Origin: Proteobacteria bacterium UBA2136 | Lineage (GTDB): Bacteria > Pseudomonadota > Alphaproteobacteria > UBA2136 | Length of the DNA stretch: 64,000 bases | Direction: 5' to 3' | Assembly: GCA_002328405.1 (NCBI GenBank) | Contig: DCXM01000006.1 | Coordinates: 18,873 to 82,872, forward strand | Part shown: positions 19,158 to 28,938 of the stretch, piece after piece | Layout: each line of letters opens with the position of its first letter | Position numbering within the stretch: position 1 is the stretch's first letter | The notes under the pieces: generated by a model | The model's input: the letters and a program-made list of their open reading frames with translations, nothing else | What the model was told of the DNA's origin: nothing | Databases searched by the model: none | Made by a program: the position numbers and the translations under genes

Positions 19158-20852
19158 TTGGATAAATTTTTAACAGTTTTGCGCCGTATTGGAGCTGCTC
19201 GCCTTGCAATGCTTGTGGTTTCCATTGTGATGCTGATCGGTCTCATTTCTATGATTGCGGTGCGTGGCAACGCCCCTGACTATGGCATTGTTTATGGCGG
19301 CCTTAGCGAACAAGAGCAGGCAAAAATTGCCCAAACGCTCGACGGCTTGAACATTGATTATCAAGTGCGGTCTGGCGGGGTTTATGTTGCCAAAAGCCGT
19401 ATCCCCGAAATACGCCTTAAAATTGCAGGCGAAGGCATTGTGGGCTCCAGCACTTCTGGTTATGAAATTTTGGATAATCAGTCCAGCTTTGGCACAACAT
19501 CCTTGGTGCAAAACATCAACGCACGCCGTGCCTTAGAAGGCGAGCTGGCACGCACCATCACCTCCCTTCCCTCTGTCACATCCAGCCGTGTTCACCTTGT
19601 GATGCCGAAGAAAAAGCTGTTTTCGAGAGAGCGAATTGAACCCACCGCATCGGTGGTGGTGAACCTTGGCACACGTATTTTGAGTGATGAACAGGTACAA
19701 AGCATCAACCACATGGTGGCGGCATCTGTGCCGGGACTAACTCCTGAGAATGTCACAGTGGTGGACAACCGCGGCAACATGCTTTCCAGCGGGAACAAGT
19801 CCCAAGGCAATGTGATGAACATGCAGCAAAAAATTCAGCGTCAAGTGGAAACGGAATACGAACATAGCCTAAAACGGATGCTGGAACGTGTGGTTGGCCC
19901 CAACAAAGCCAACGTGAAAGTGACCGCTGAATTAGACTTTGACAGCATTGAAGAAGAGTCCGAAATTTTTGACCCTGAAAACCAAGTGGTGCGCAGTGAG
20001 CAACGCAGCGAAGACCGCATGAACGCCAAGCAAACTCAACCCAACGAAGCCGCAGGCGCTTCAGCGAATATCCCCGGTCAAGAAGTGGGTGGCGGTGCCG
20101 CAGGCAGCAGTGAAGAACGCCAAAGCGCGGAAGAAACCATCAACTATGAGATTTCAAAAACCATCCGCCGTCATGTCAAGTCTGGTGGTAACATTGAGCA
20201 GTTGAACGTTGCGGTGCTGGTGGAAGGTAATTATTCCAATGAAGATGGCGTACAAAAATATGTTCCCTACGACCAACAAAACCTAGAAAAATTAGAAAAA
20301 CTGGTTAAAACTGCCATTGGCTTTGATGAAGAACGTGGCGACATGGTGGAAATTGTGGACATGCCATTTGCCCAAGTGCAAGAAGAAGTTTACGAAGAGC
20401 CCTTGTTCAACAAAGATGACTACTTCATGATTGCGCAGTATGCACTGATCAGCATTGCCATTTTCTTGCTAATCTTCATGATTATTAAGCCAATTTTAAA
20501 GGCAACCCTTCCAAAAGACGACGACATTGGCGCCAAAATGGCAGGCGAAGCCGGCGCTGCGGGCGCAGGTGCAACTGCGGCGGCTGGTGGCGTAGCTGTT
20601 GGCCCAGGTGCGCCTGCGGTTAACATTCAAGGTGGTGGTGCAGCTGGCGGACAAGCGCAAGCCACAGCCCCTGACGGCACACCGATTAACATTCCAACCA
20701 ACGAAATTGTTGAAGGCGACAGCATGATTGACCTTCAAAGTGTGGAAGGTCAAGTGCGTGAATCTTCCATTAAGAAGGTGATTAAAATTATCCAAGAAAA
20801 CCCAGAAGAAAGTACCAATATCATTCGTGGGTGGCTACAAGGAGAAGACTAA
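19158..20852 (+). CDS. fliF: Flagellar MS-ring protein FliF
   Basis: GYEILD..SFGTT, RALEGELARTI, ASVVV, VTVVDNRG, ETINYEISKT, AIGFDEERGD; two TM segments; TTG start. Confidence 0.97.
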   Translation: MDKFLTVLRRIGAARLAMLVVSIVMLIGLISMIAVRGNAPDYGIVYGGLSEQEQAKIAQTLDGLNIDYQVRSGGVYVAKSRIPEIRLKIAGEGIVGSSTSGYEILDNQSSFGTTSLVQNINARRALEGELARTITSLPSVTSSRVHLVMPKKKLFSRERIEPTASVVVNLGTRILSDEQVQSINHMVAASVPGLTPENVTVVDNRGNMLSSGNKSQGNVMNMQQKIQRQVETEYEHSLKRMLERVVGPNKANVKVTAELDFDSIEEESEIFDPENQVVRSEQRSEDRMNAKQTQPNEAAGASANIPGQEVGGGAAGSSEERQSAEETINYEISKTIRRHVKSGGNIEQLNVAVLVEGNYSNEDGVQKYVPYDQQNLEKLEKLVKTAIGFDEERGDMVEIVDMPFAQVQEEVYEEPLFNKDDYFMIAQYALISIAIFLLIFMIIKPILKATLPKDDDIGAKMAGEAGAAGAGATAAAGGVAVGPGAPAVNIQGGGAAGGQAQATAPDGTPINIPTNEIVEGDSMIDLQSVEGQVRESSIKKVIKIIQENPEESTNIIRGWLQGED

Positions 20853-21898
20853 TGAGCGAAGACAACAACCCAAACAAAGGCAAAAGCCGCAGCAGCAGAA
20901 GTCCGCGTGAAATAGGTGCACGTAATGCTGCCATTTTAATGCTGGCTGTGGGCGAAGAAAATGCCACAACCATCTTCAGTGGCATGGATGACTTTGAAAT
21001 TCGTGATATCTCCCGTGAAATGGCGACACTGGGCAAAGTGACCAGTGAAGACGTTGAGAATGTGATCAATGAATTTACCGACGCCATTGGATCAGGCGGT
21101 GCAGGCTTGGTAGGTGGTTGGAACGCGACCGAGCGTTACCTCATGAGCTTTATGGACGAGTCCCGCGTGCGTGACTTGATGGACGAAATGCGTGGTCCTG
21201 CCGGTCGCACCATGTGGGAAAAACTGGCCAACGTCAGCGAAGATATCTTGGCGAACTACCTCAAGAACGAATACCCACAAACAGTGGCGGTGATTGTCAG
21301 CCGCATTAAACCCGGGCACGCCGCAAAAGTCCTAGCCGCTTTACCTGAAGAATTGGCACTGGAAGTGATTGAACGTATCTTGATTATGGACAATGTCTCC
21401 CGCGAGGTGATTGAAAGCGTGGAAGATTCCCTTAAGAATGAATTTATGCGCAACCTTGCCGCCAAACAAAAACGTGACAGCCACGAGCTTATGGCCGAGA
21501 TCTTCAACAACTTTGATAGATCAAACGAACAAAAATTCATGGACTTGTTGGACAAACGCAGCCACGACGATGCCGAACGCATCCGATCGCTCATGTTTAC
21601 ATTTGAAGACCTCAAGAAAACCGACGACAAAGGCATCCAGACCATTCTCCGTGAAGTGGAGAAAGACCTTCTACCTGTTGCCCTTAAAGGTGCGGACGAT
21701 GAACTGCTCGATATGTTCATGCGTAATATGTCCGAACGTGCGGCGAAAATCATGGAAGAGGATATGGGTGCGATGGGACCTGTGCGCGTTAAGGATGTGG
21801 ATGAAGCGCAAAACAGCGTGGTGATGATTGCCAAACGCCTTGCAGAAACGGGTCAAATTGTTCTAGCCGAAGAAGGTGGTGCGGATGACTTCATCTAA
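20852..21898 (+). CDS. fliG: Flagellar motor switch protein FliG
   Basis: AAILMLAVGEE, NEYPQTVAVI, MFTFEDL, NMSERAA, GPVRVKDVDEAQ; ATG overlaps fliF stop. Confidence 0.97.
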   Translation: MSEDNNPNKGKSRSSRSPREIGARNAAILMLAVGEENATTIFSGMDDFEIRDISREMATLGKVTSEDVENVINEFTDAIGSGGAGLVGGWNATERYLMSFMDESRVRDLMDEMRGPAGRTMWEKLANVSEDILANYLKNEYPQTVAVIVSRIKPGHAAKVLAALPEELALEVIERILIMDNVSREVIESVEDSLKNEFMRNLAAKQKRDSHELMAEIFNNFDRSNEQKFMDLLDKRSHDDAERIRSLMFTFEDLKKTDDKGIQTILREVEKDLLPVALKGADDELLDMFMRNMSERAAKIMEEDMGAMGPVRVKDVDEAQNSVVMIAKRLAETGQIVLAEEGGADDFI

Positions 21899-22805
21899 GG
21901 CGACGCTTGAATCACTGTTAAATCAAAACGACTTTGCAGAACTGGCCGTTCAAAAAAAACGTGCCGAACTTTTGAAGAAAAAAGAAGAGCAAGCACGCCT
22001 TGAAAAAGAAGCCGCAGAAAAAGAAGAACAGGCACGCCTTGCCGCTTTGCCCAAAATAACCGAAGAGGACCTTCAAAAAGCCGAAAAAGCTGGTTACGAA
22101 CAAGGCTTAGAAGCGGGCAAAAGCCAAGCCGAAGCGGCGATGAAAGCTGAACTAGAAACGCACCTTGGCGCAACCTTAGAGCAATTAAATGATTTACCAA
22201 ACCTGCTTAAACCTCAAGTGGCGCACATTCAAAAACAAAGCTTGATGTTTATTCAGCATGTCATTGGCAGCATTTTAAAGGATGCCCAGCAAAAGTACAG
22301 CAACGAACTGATTGAATTCATGCTGGAAAAAGCCATGGAAAGCGCACCCAAAACTGGGAAAATAGAAGTGCATATGGCCCCTGCGGACCGTTTTTACATT
22401 CAAGAACATGCTGGCAAAGCCTTGCAAAACACCCAAGCTCATTTTGTGGAAGACGATAACATTCAAGCTGGCGAATGCATCATCACATGGGACAATCAAG
22501 GCGTGGACGCTCGCTTTGAAAACATCAAGACTGAAATTCATAACATTTTGCAAGCCGCCCATGACAACATTGAACCAAAAGATATTGTCCTCGCGGTAGA
22601 TGCCCAACCAGAAGAGGCAGAGTCGGAAGCCACTCAAGACGTTGAAGCCACTGCGCAGGAGGTAGCTCAAAGCGAGGCCGAAGCCGCACCTAAACCCTCA
22701 GAGGAAGAACCTCAAAAAAAGGTCAAAGCCGAGAACCATGAAGCTGAAGAACCGAGCGAGCGAAGCGAAGATGTCACAACCAGTGAAGAAAAGGACAGCA
22801 AATAA
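21885..22805 (+). CDS. fliH: Flagellar assembly protein FliH-like with acidic C-terminal tail
   Basis: AxxxGYEQGLEAG repeats, IEVHMAPAD, AGECIITW; between fliG and fliN. Confidence 0.8.
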   Translation: MTSSKATLESLLNQNDFAELAVQKKRAELLKKKEEQARLEKEAAEKEEQARLAALPKITEEDLQKAEKAGYEQGLEAGKSQAEAAMKAELETHLGATLEQLNDLPNLLKPQVAHIQKQSLMFIQHVIGSILKDAQQKYSNELIEFMLEKAMESAPKTGKIEVHMAPADRFYIQEHAGKALQNTQAHFVEDDNIQAGECIITWDNQGVDARFENIKTEIHNILQAAHDNIEPKDIVLAVDAQPEEAESEATQDVEATAQEVAQSEAEAAPKPSEEEPQKKVKAENHEAEEPSERSEDVTTSEEKDSK

Positions 22806-22837
22806 AAAACGGTGTTCTTTTCAACAGATGGACAATA

Positions 22838-22853
22838 TGGCATAATAAATGCA
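22838..22853 (+). promoter_or_regulatory. Sigma54 -24/-12 promoter upstream of fliN-motA-flbD
   Basis: TGGCAT-AATAA-ATGCA in the fliH-fliN gap. Confidence 0.6.
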
Positions 22854-22936
22854 AGTAATGCCTTTAATATGCAGTGGCACAAACTTATAATTTAAATATA
22901 AAACCAGCGCAAATGCGCAATTGAAAAAGGTAAAAC

Positions 22937-23275
22937 ATGAGCGATAACAAAGAAACAGATTCTCTTGAACTCAACGAGCTTGAAGGTCAAGCTGTCGGGC
23001 AAGACGAGCAAGAGCTCACATCACCTGCTGAACCGGATGCCGGCCTAGAAGCCGTTTATGACATCCCTGTTAAGGTTTCTGCAGTGCTGGGCACATGTGA
23101 CCTACAAATTCACCAATTGCTCAAATTGGGGCGTGGCGCCGTGGTTGAGCTGGACCGCAAAGTTGGCGAAGCAGTGGACATTTTGGTCAACGACCGCTTG
23201 GTGGCGCGTGGTGAAGTTGTTATTGTTGAGGACAAATTAGGTATTACCATGACCGAGATTGTGAAATCTCGCTAA
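22937..23275 (+). CDS. fliN: Flagellar motor switch protein FliN
   Basis: DIPVKVSAVLG, LLKLGRGAVVELDRKVGEAVDILVNDRLVARGEVV. Confidence 0.97.
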   Translation: MSDNKETDSLELNELEGQAVGQDEQELTSPAEPDAGLEAVYDIPVKVSAVLGTCDLQIHQLLKLGRGAVVELDRKVGEAVDILVNDRLVARGEVVIVEDKLGITMTEIVKSR

Positions 23276-23313
23276 CAAAGAAACAAAAAAAATAAGAATA
23301 GGATGATCAAACT

Positions 23314-24072
23314 GTGGATATAGCAACCCTCCTTGGACTTTTGCTGGGCTTTGGTTTTGTGGCCGGTGGTATTGGTTCCAACATGGCAAGCTTTATTGAC
23401 CCCCCATCCATGTTGATTGTTGTGGGTGGTACCTTTGCCATTACCACAGTTGGTTTTAAACTAGGCGATGTAATCAAAGCGCAAAGCGTGATGATGAAAA
23501 CCATCATGTTCAAACTGCCCGAAGTGGAAGAAGAAGCCAAAACAATGATTGAACTGGCGCAAAAAGCCCGTGCCAACGGTATTTTGGCCATTCAAGGCGA
23601 CATTGAACAAATCCCCAACGACTTTTTAAAACAAGCCTTTGGCTTAGCGGTGGATGGCACCAACCCCGAAGTGATTGAAACCATCATGAAGTCGGACACT
23701 GCAAATATGCTGGAACGTCACGCATCTGCCACCCAAGTTTTCAAAAAAAGTGCCGAAATTGCGCCAGCGATGGGCCTTGTCGGTACCTTGATTGGTTTGG
23801 TAATCATGCTTGGCTCGCTGGATGACCCAAGCGCCATTGGCCCTGCCATGGCCATTGCCTTGCTGACAACCATGTACGGTGCGATTATGGCCAATATGTT
23901 TTTCAACCCTTTGGCTACGAAGCTCGAACTTAACACCTCACTGGAATTACAAGTTCGTAAGGTTTACACCGCCTCAGTGCTCAGTGTTGTCCGTCAAGAA
24001 AACCCACGCCAGCTGGAACTTGTGCTCAACACTATCTTGCCACCAAGCAAACGCATTAGCATGTTTGATTAA
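23314..24072 (+). CDS. motA: Flagellar stator protein MotA/PomA family
   Basis: MDIATLLG, FIDPPSMLIVVGGT, APAMGLVGTLIGLV, IGPAMAIALLTTMYGA. Confidence 0.92.
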   Translation: MDIATLLGLLLGFGFVAGGIGSNMASFIDPPSMLIVVGGTFAITTVGFKLGDVIKAQSVMMKTIMFKLPEVEEEAKTMIELAQKARANGILAIQGDIEQIPNDFLKQAFGLAVDGTNPEVIETIMKSDTANMLERHASATQVFKKSAEIAPAMGLVGTLIGLVIMLGSLDDPSAIGPAMAIALLTTMYGAIMANMFFNPLATKLELNTSLELQVRKVYTASVLSVVRQENPRQLELVLNTILPPSKRISMFD

Positions 24073-24090
24073 GAAGGGTGAGATAAACGG

Positions 24091-25533
24091 ATGTCTAAGT
24101 CGAATATTCTACTCATTGGCCCTTTAAAAGATGCCACGGGCCCCTTGGCAAAAATTGCCAAGGACATGAGCATTGGCACATTGCAGGCCGAAAGCGTGGA
24201 AAGCGCCCTTAAAGTGCTGTGCGACAAAAAAGTGGATATGGTCTTTTTAGACACAGGGCTAGAACTTCCGCAATACTTCACCGGCTTAAATGAAAACAAA
24301 ATAACCGTACCAACCGTGGTGGTGGGTGCGGCAACACCGGTGCAAAATGCGGTGAAGGCCATTCGCCTAGGGGCGATTGAATACCTGCCAACACCCATTG
24401 AAGGCAACTTGGCAAACACTTTGATTGAACGTGTTAAACCCTCCGAAGAGGCATCTGGCCCCATTTATGGCGACAGCGCCACCGAAAACATGCTGGCGAT
24501 GGCCAAAAAATTTGCTTCCTCCAACGCCACCGTTTTACTGCGTGGTGAAAGTGGAACCGGTAAGGAAGTTTACTCAAACTACATTCACAACAACAGCCCA
24601 AGAAAAGACAAGCCGTTTATCAGCGTTAACTGTGCTGCCATCCCCGAAACATTGCTAGAAAGTGAACTTTTTGGCCATGAAAAAGGTGCTTTTTCTGGCG
24701 CTGTAAGCGCAAGGCAAGGTAAATTCCAACAAGCAGACGGTGGCACATTGCTTTTAGACGAAATCAGCGAGATGGACATTGCCCTGCAAGCCAAATTATT
24801 GCGTGCCATTCAAGAACGGGTGATTGACCCAGTTGGTTCATCCAAGCCCGTGCCGGTGGACATTCGCCTGATTGCGACCACCAACCGAAACTTGGAAGAC
24901 GAAGTGCGTGATGGCAACTTTAGGGAAGATTTATACTTCCGCCTCAACGTCGTGATGCTGGACATCCCAGCGCTGAGGGAACGCCCAGGCGACATCATCC
25001 CCCTTTCATTGTTCTTTGCGGAAATGTACGGCAAGCAAAATGGCTTAAACAACATTCAAATTTCCAAAGAAGCGGAAGAAAAACTGGTCAGCTGTTACTG
25101 GAAAGGCAACGTCCGTGAGCTGGAAAACACCATCCATCGCACCGTGTTGATGATGGGCGACGACAACGTGATGCAGCCTGAACATATCACCATTTCACCG
25201 ATGAGCCAAAACATGGCCTCCAACGTGGCAGAGGCCCCTGTGCGCACCGATGTGGACCGTGCAAAAGCGGCTATTGGCGCCGCTGCTGGCGCTTATGCCA
25301 ACGCCTCTGGCGGGTTCGAAAAAGGCATTGGTAAATCATCCCCTGCGGACATGGTTGGCCGCACTGTTTCCGATGTCGAAAAAGAGCTCATCCTTTCCAC
25401 ATTAAACTATTGCAAAGGCAACCGAACCCATGCGGCAGGCATCTTAGGCATCTCCATCCGCACCTTGCGCAACAAGCTTAAAGAATATAACGAAACCGTT
25501 GAAAAGTCTGAGCAAGAAGCCAAACAGGCGTAG
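24091..25533 (+). CDS. flbD: Sigma54-dependent flagellar activator (FlbD-like; REC-AAA+-HTH)
   Basis: GESGTGKE, ESELFGHEKGAFSGA, LLLDEISEM, FREDLYFRLNV, GNRTHAAGILGISIRTLRNKL; end of fliF-G-H-N operon as in Caulobacter. Confidence 0.88.
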   Translation: MSKSNILLIGPLKDATGPLAKIAKDMSIGTLQAESVESALKVLCDKKVDMVFLDTGLELPQYFTGLNENKITVPTVVVGAATPVQNAVKAIRLGAIEYLPTPIEGNLANTLIERVKPSEEASGPIYGDSATENMLAMAKKFASSNATVLLRGESGTGKEVYSNYIHNNSPRKDKPFISVNCAAIPETLLESELFGHEKGAFSGAVSARQGKFQQADGGTLLLDEISEMDIALQAKLLRAIQERVIDPVGSSKPVPVDIRLIATTNRNLEDEVRDGNFREDLYFRLNVVMLDIPALRERPGDIIPLSLFFAEMYGKQNGLNNIQISKEAEEKLVSCYWKGNVRELENTIHRTVLMMGDDNVMQPEHITISPMSQNMASNVAEAPVRTDVDRAKAAIGAAAGAYANASGGFEKGIGKSSPADMVGRTVSDVEKELILSTLNYCKGNRTHAAGILGISIRTLRNKLKEYNETVEKSEQEAKQA

Positions 25534-25662
25534 ACATCACATCTCCTCTTGGAGGTTTATATAAAATACAGCTCATTGTCATTTTTATATTTTAACAGAT
25601 ACCCATAAAACTATATACTGGTAACAGTATTGTGTGTAATGGCATTGAATTAAGGGTACTTT

Positions 25663-28600
25663 ATGTTTTGCGTTAAACTTATTGCGATTATAACTCTGAC
25701 AATCATCATGTCAGCAAGTGATGCGCGTGCGCAAAATTGGGCCAACATTGGTACGGTTGGCACCCTCAACAATAATGAGCTGTGTTACACCGACGGCACG
25801 GACATTATTTGCGACGCAGGGCTTTTTGTGAACGGTTCAACCGCTTTGGAAGTTTCTGGCACCGTTTCCGCCACAGCGTTCGTGGGGGATGGTTCACAGC
25901 TGACAGGCTTGGACACAGACCCTGTTTCCTTGTCTCAAATTGTGGGTGTTGTCCACGGCGTTTCATCTGCAACGCCTTATTCATCGCTGTTCATAGGTCA
26001 TGATGCAGGTGCCAACAATGGTGCACTTACCAACAACAGTGTGGGTGTGGGGCGCAACACGTTAAGCGCCAACACAACAGGTTTCTCGAACGTTGCTGTT
26101 GGTACAGATGCCTTGCAAAGCAACACATCGGGTCGTCACAACACCGCCCTTGGTCATGATGCTTTAAGCAGTAATACAACCGCAAGAGATAACACCGCTT
26201 TGGGCTATGCGGCATTAAAAGACAATAGCACAGGTCAAAACAACACCGCAGTGGGTAGTAATGCGTTAAATAACACAACTTCAGGAGACTTTAACACCGC
26301 ACTAGGTGGATATGCGCTTAGACGTAACAGCGTGGGTTACACCAACACCGCCGTGGGTTATAACACACTAAGGTACGGATCCTTCGGGTATGAAAACACC
26401 GCCATTGGTGCCGAAGCAGGCATGGGTGCAGCCGGTAATGCAGACTTTTTCCACACTACTTTATTGGGTTACCGTGCCGGTTATGGATTACGCTCAGGCA
26501 GTGGTCGTAACATCTTCGTGGGTCACCAAGCGGGTGACAGTGTTTCCACAGGTTCGGACAATATTGTAATTGGAGTTTTGGCTGACACATCTGCGCCAAC
26601 CGCCTCCAATGAGCTAAACATCGGCAACAGCTTATACGGTGACTTGGCCAACGACCGGATTGGTGTGGGCATTGCAACGCCACTGGCCGAACTTGATGTT
26701 TCCGGCACCGTATCCGCCACCGCTTTTGTAGGGGATGGTACAAGTTTGACAGGAGTTTCAGCAACGCCAGGTGGCAATAACGGATGGTTCCAGTATAACA
26801 ATGCTGGTGTGTTAGATGGTGTGCCTTTTGCGTACAGTAATGGATATGATAAATTCTATGCACGTGGCGGGTTAAACAATTATATTGTAAACCACAGCAC
26901 GGGTGGCACATATGCGGGTCGATTGAATATTGGTACAACCGACCCATCAACTGAAGAAGGTGCTTTGCACTTGGCTGTCGCTGGTTACAACAACTCAGAT
27001 AATCTACGTCGAATGTTGGGTGTTATTATGATTGGTAACCGCGATAGTGTATTAGACACAAGCCCAATTCCAATGACCGAAGGTGATTACTTGCCAGGTA
27101 TCGGTTTTGCAGGTCACACAACAACTTCCTTAGGTGCAGAGACAGAAATGGCCGCAACCATTCATGCTGTTGTAGATGGTACGGTCAGCTCGGGTAACTT
27201 GCCTACAGCTGTGGTTGTAAATACAGGAACAGAGGCCTCCAACATGCAGGAGAGATTGCGTATCGCATCCAGCGGTGAGGTTGGCATAGGTATTGTCAAT
27301 CCAACCACTGAGCTTGAAGTGGCTGGCACCGTTTCCGCAACATCCTTTGTGGGGGATGGTTCAGGTTTAACCAACGTAGGAGGTTTGTGGACAGACGCTT
27401 CTGAATCAATTCAATATCAAGGTGTTAATTTCTACAAAGAAGGTTCAGTACCAAGTGGTTATTCAAACGGAGACAAAGCCTTTGTATGGCACCCTGACAA
27501 GCGCGCTTTAGCCATTGGTAAAGCCGCATATGCTGGTATGTTTAACGACTCCTCAATGGGTGATGTTTCCTTTGCTTTTGGTGACAGTGCCATTGCATCT
27601 GGTAATGGGTCATTTGCGTTTGGAACAAATGCCAGATCTACAGGAAATCGCTCTATTAGTTTTGGCGGTTCAGCTTCTGCCAATTACGCAATTGCACTTC
27701 AAGGTAATGCAGAATCACAAGATGCATTCTCCGTTGCGCGTTACGGTGGCGCTTATGGTCAAAGATCTATCGCTATTGGGTCTTCCGGTGCCTTGAATGG
27801 TGGTGCGCAAGCTTATGGCTTGTCGTCGGTTGCGATTGGTACAGGCTCTGACGCTTATGCAAACTATGGCGTTGCAATTGGCACGGGCTCAAGCGTTTCA
27901 GGCACATCTGCAGTGGCCTTCACAGCGGCCCGTGCGGATGGTTTAAATTCAATTGCGATGGGTAAAAATGCGTTTGTAAGCGGTAACAATTCAATGGTGT
28001 TTGGACTGGCAGACGTGACAGGCACAGAAGTGACAGATAGTAACACAATGGCCATTCTAGGTGGTCAGGTTGCTGTAAACCAAGTGTCTGCCAATGCGGA
28101 ACTTGACGTGTTAGGAACCGTTTCCGCCACAGCTTTTGTGGGGGATGGGTCTGGGTTGACAGGGATACCAGCAGGCACAAGCCTATTTATGGATGACACC
28201 AGCATTTCAATTGTAGATGATGGCAGTAACTCTGCGGTCATTGCCATTGATGTGGACGGTCAACGTTACTTGGAATATAGCGATGAACAAGTTGCAGGCT
28301 TGAAATTCAACGGTCAAAACGCCGCCCTTTACACAAAATCGGACGGTGGTTTTGTCCGTGTCGGTAACTTGCTCACAAACGGCTATCGTGGCGGTGTCAT
28401 ACTGATTGGTGGCGACGGTGACAACACTGCAGCATACGCAGAATCTAACAGCCTTATTTTAGGTACAAGGCGCACAAACAATAACTATGCGGAAGATGTT
28501 CATTTTGACACAATTGTCAGAGATTGGAGTCGCCGCAACATGACCATTGATGGCAGCTCAGGCCGTGTGGGTATTGGCCTTGAAAACCCAAGCACAACAC

Positions 28601-28902
28601 TTGAAGTTTCTGGCACTGTTAAAGCCAATGCGTTTATTGGCGATGGATCTGGGTTAACAGGCGTTTCTGCCGGAAGCCTGCAAGTGGCGGACACCAGCAT
28701 TTCAATTATGGATAGCGGTACAGGCGAAGTGCACATGGACGTGGACGGTGAAAGACTGGTCACCGGTCGCCAAGGTGCCTTGGATGTTTCAGGTTCGGCG
28801 CAAATTGCCGGTACAGGGTCAGAAGTTTGCGGCGCCGCTGGTGACCTTGGCAAAATGCGCTGGAACCCTGTCAGCCAAAAATTCCAAATTTGCCGTCAGT
28901 AG
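25663..28902 (+). CDS. Secreted fibre/adhesin-like modular repeat protein, 1079 aa
   Basis: Signal peptide (..ARA-QNW); five copies of L(E/D)VxGTVxAxxF(V/I)GDGxxLT; 14-aa N.A.G..AL..N..G repeats; YadA-head-like S.A.G..A.A.G repeats; C-terminal C-x-GKMRWN-x-FQIC. Confidence 0.8.
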   Translation: MFCVKLIAIITLTIIMSASDARAQNWANIGTVGTLNNNELCYTDGTDIICDAGLFVNGSTALEVSGTVSATAFVGDGSQLTGLDTDPVSLSQIVGVVHGVSSATPYSSLFIGHDAGANNGALTNNSVGVGRNTLSANTTGFSNVAVGTDALQSNTSGRHNTALGHDALSSNTTARDNTALGYAALKDNSTGQNNTAVGSNALNNTTSGDFNTALGGYALRRNSVGYTNTAVGYNTLRYGSFGYENTAIGAEAGMGAAGNADFFHTTLLGYRAGYGLRSGSGRNIFVGHQAGDSVSTGSDNIVIGVLADTSAPTASNELNIGNSLYGDLANDRIGVGIATPLAELDVSGTVSATAFVGDGTSLTGVSATPGGNNGWFQYNNAGVLDGVPFAYSNGYDKFYARGGLNNYIVNHSTGGTYAGRLNIGTTDPSTEEGALHLAVAGYNNSDNLRRMLGVIMIGNRDSVLDTSPIPMTEGDYLPGIGFAGHTTTSLGAETEMAATIHAVVDGTVSSGNLPTAVVVNTGTEASNMQERLRIASSGEVGIGIVNPTTELEVAGTVSATSFVGDGSGLTNVGGLWTDASESIQYQGVNFYKEGSVPSGYSNGDKAFVWHPDKRALAIGKAAYAGMFNDSSMGDVSFAFGDSAIASGNGSFAFGTNARSTGNRSISFGGSASANYAIALQGNAESQDAFSVARYGGAYGQRSIAIGSSGALNGGAQAYGLSSVAIGTGSDAYANYGVAIGTGSSVSGTSAVAFTAARADGLNSIAMGKNAFVSGNNSMVFGLADVTGTEVTDSNTMAILGGQVAVNQVSANAELDVLGTVSATAFVGDGSGLTGIPAGTSLFMDDTSISIVDDGSNSAVIAIDVDGQRYLEYSDEQVAGLKFNGQNAALYTKSDGGFVRVGNLLTNGYRGGVILIGGDGDNTAAYAESNSLILGTRRTNNNYAEDVHFDTIVRDWSRRNMTIDGSSGRVGIGLENPSTTLEVSGTVKANAFIGDGSGLTGVSAGSLQVADTSISIMDSGTGEVHMDVDGERLVTGRQGALDVSGSAQIAGTGSEVCGAAGDLGKMRWNPVSQKFQICRQ
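25846..28662 (+). repeat. Five dispersed 63-nt/21-aa connector repeats inside the fibre gene (starts 25846, 26692, 27313, 28102, 28600)
   Basis: Near-identical peptide LEVSGTVSATAFVGDGSGLTG and conserved DNA (ggcaccgtttccgccacagc..gtgggggatgg). Confidence 0.9.
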
Positions 28903-28938
28903 AGTTCAACAAAAAAATCGAGCGATTTTTAACCAAAC

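Noticed and set aside
25846-28662. Repeats considered as a CRISPR array or prophage remnant
   Set aside because: In-frame coding repeats hundreds of nt apart; no cas or phage genes adjacent.
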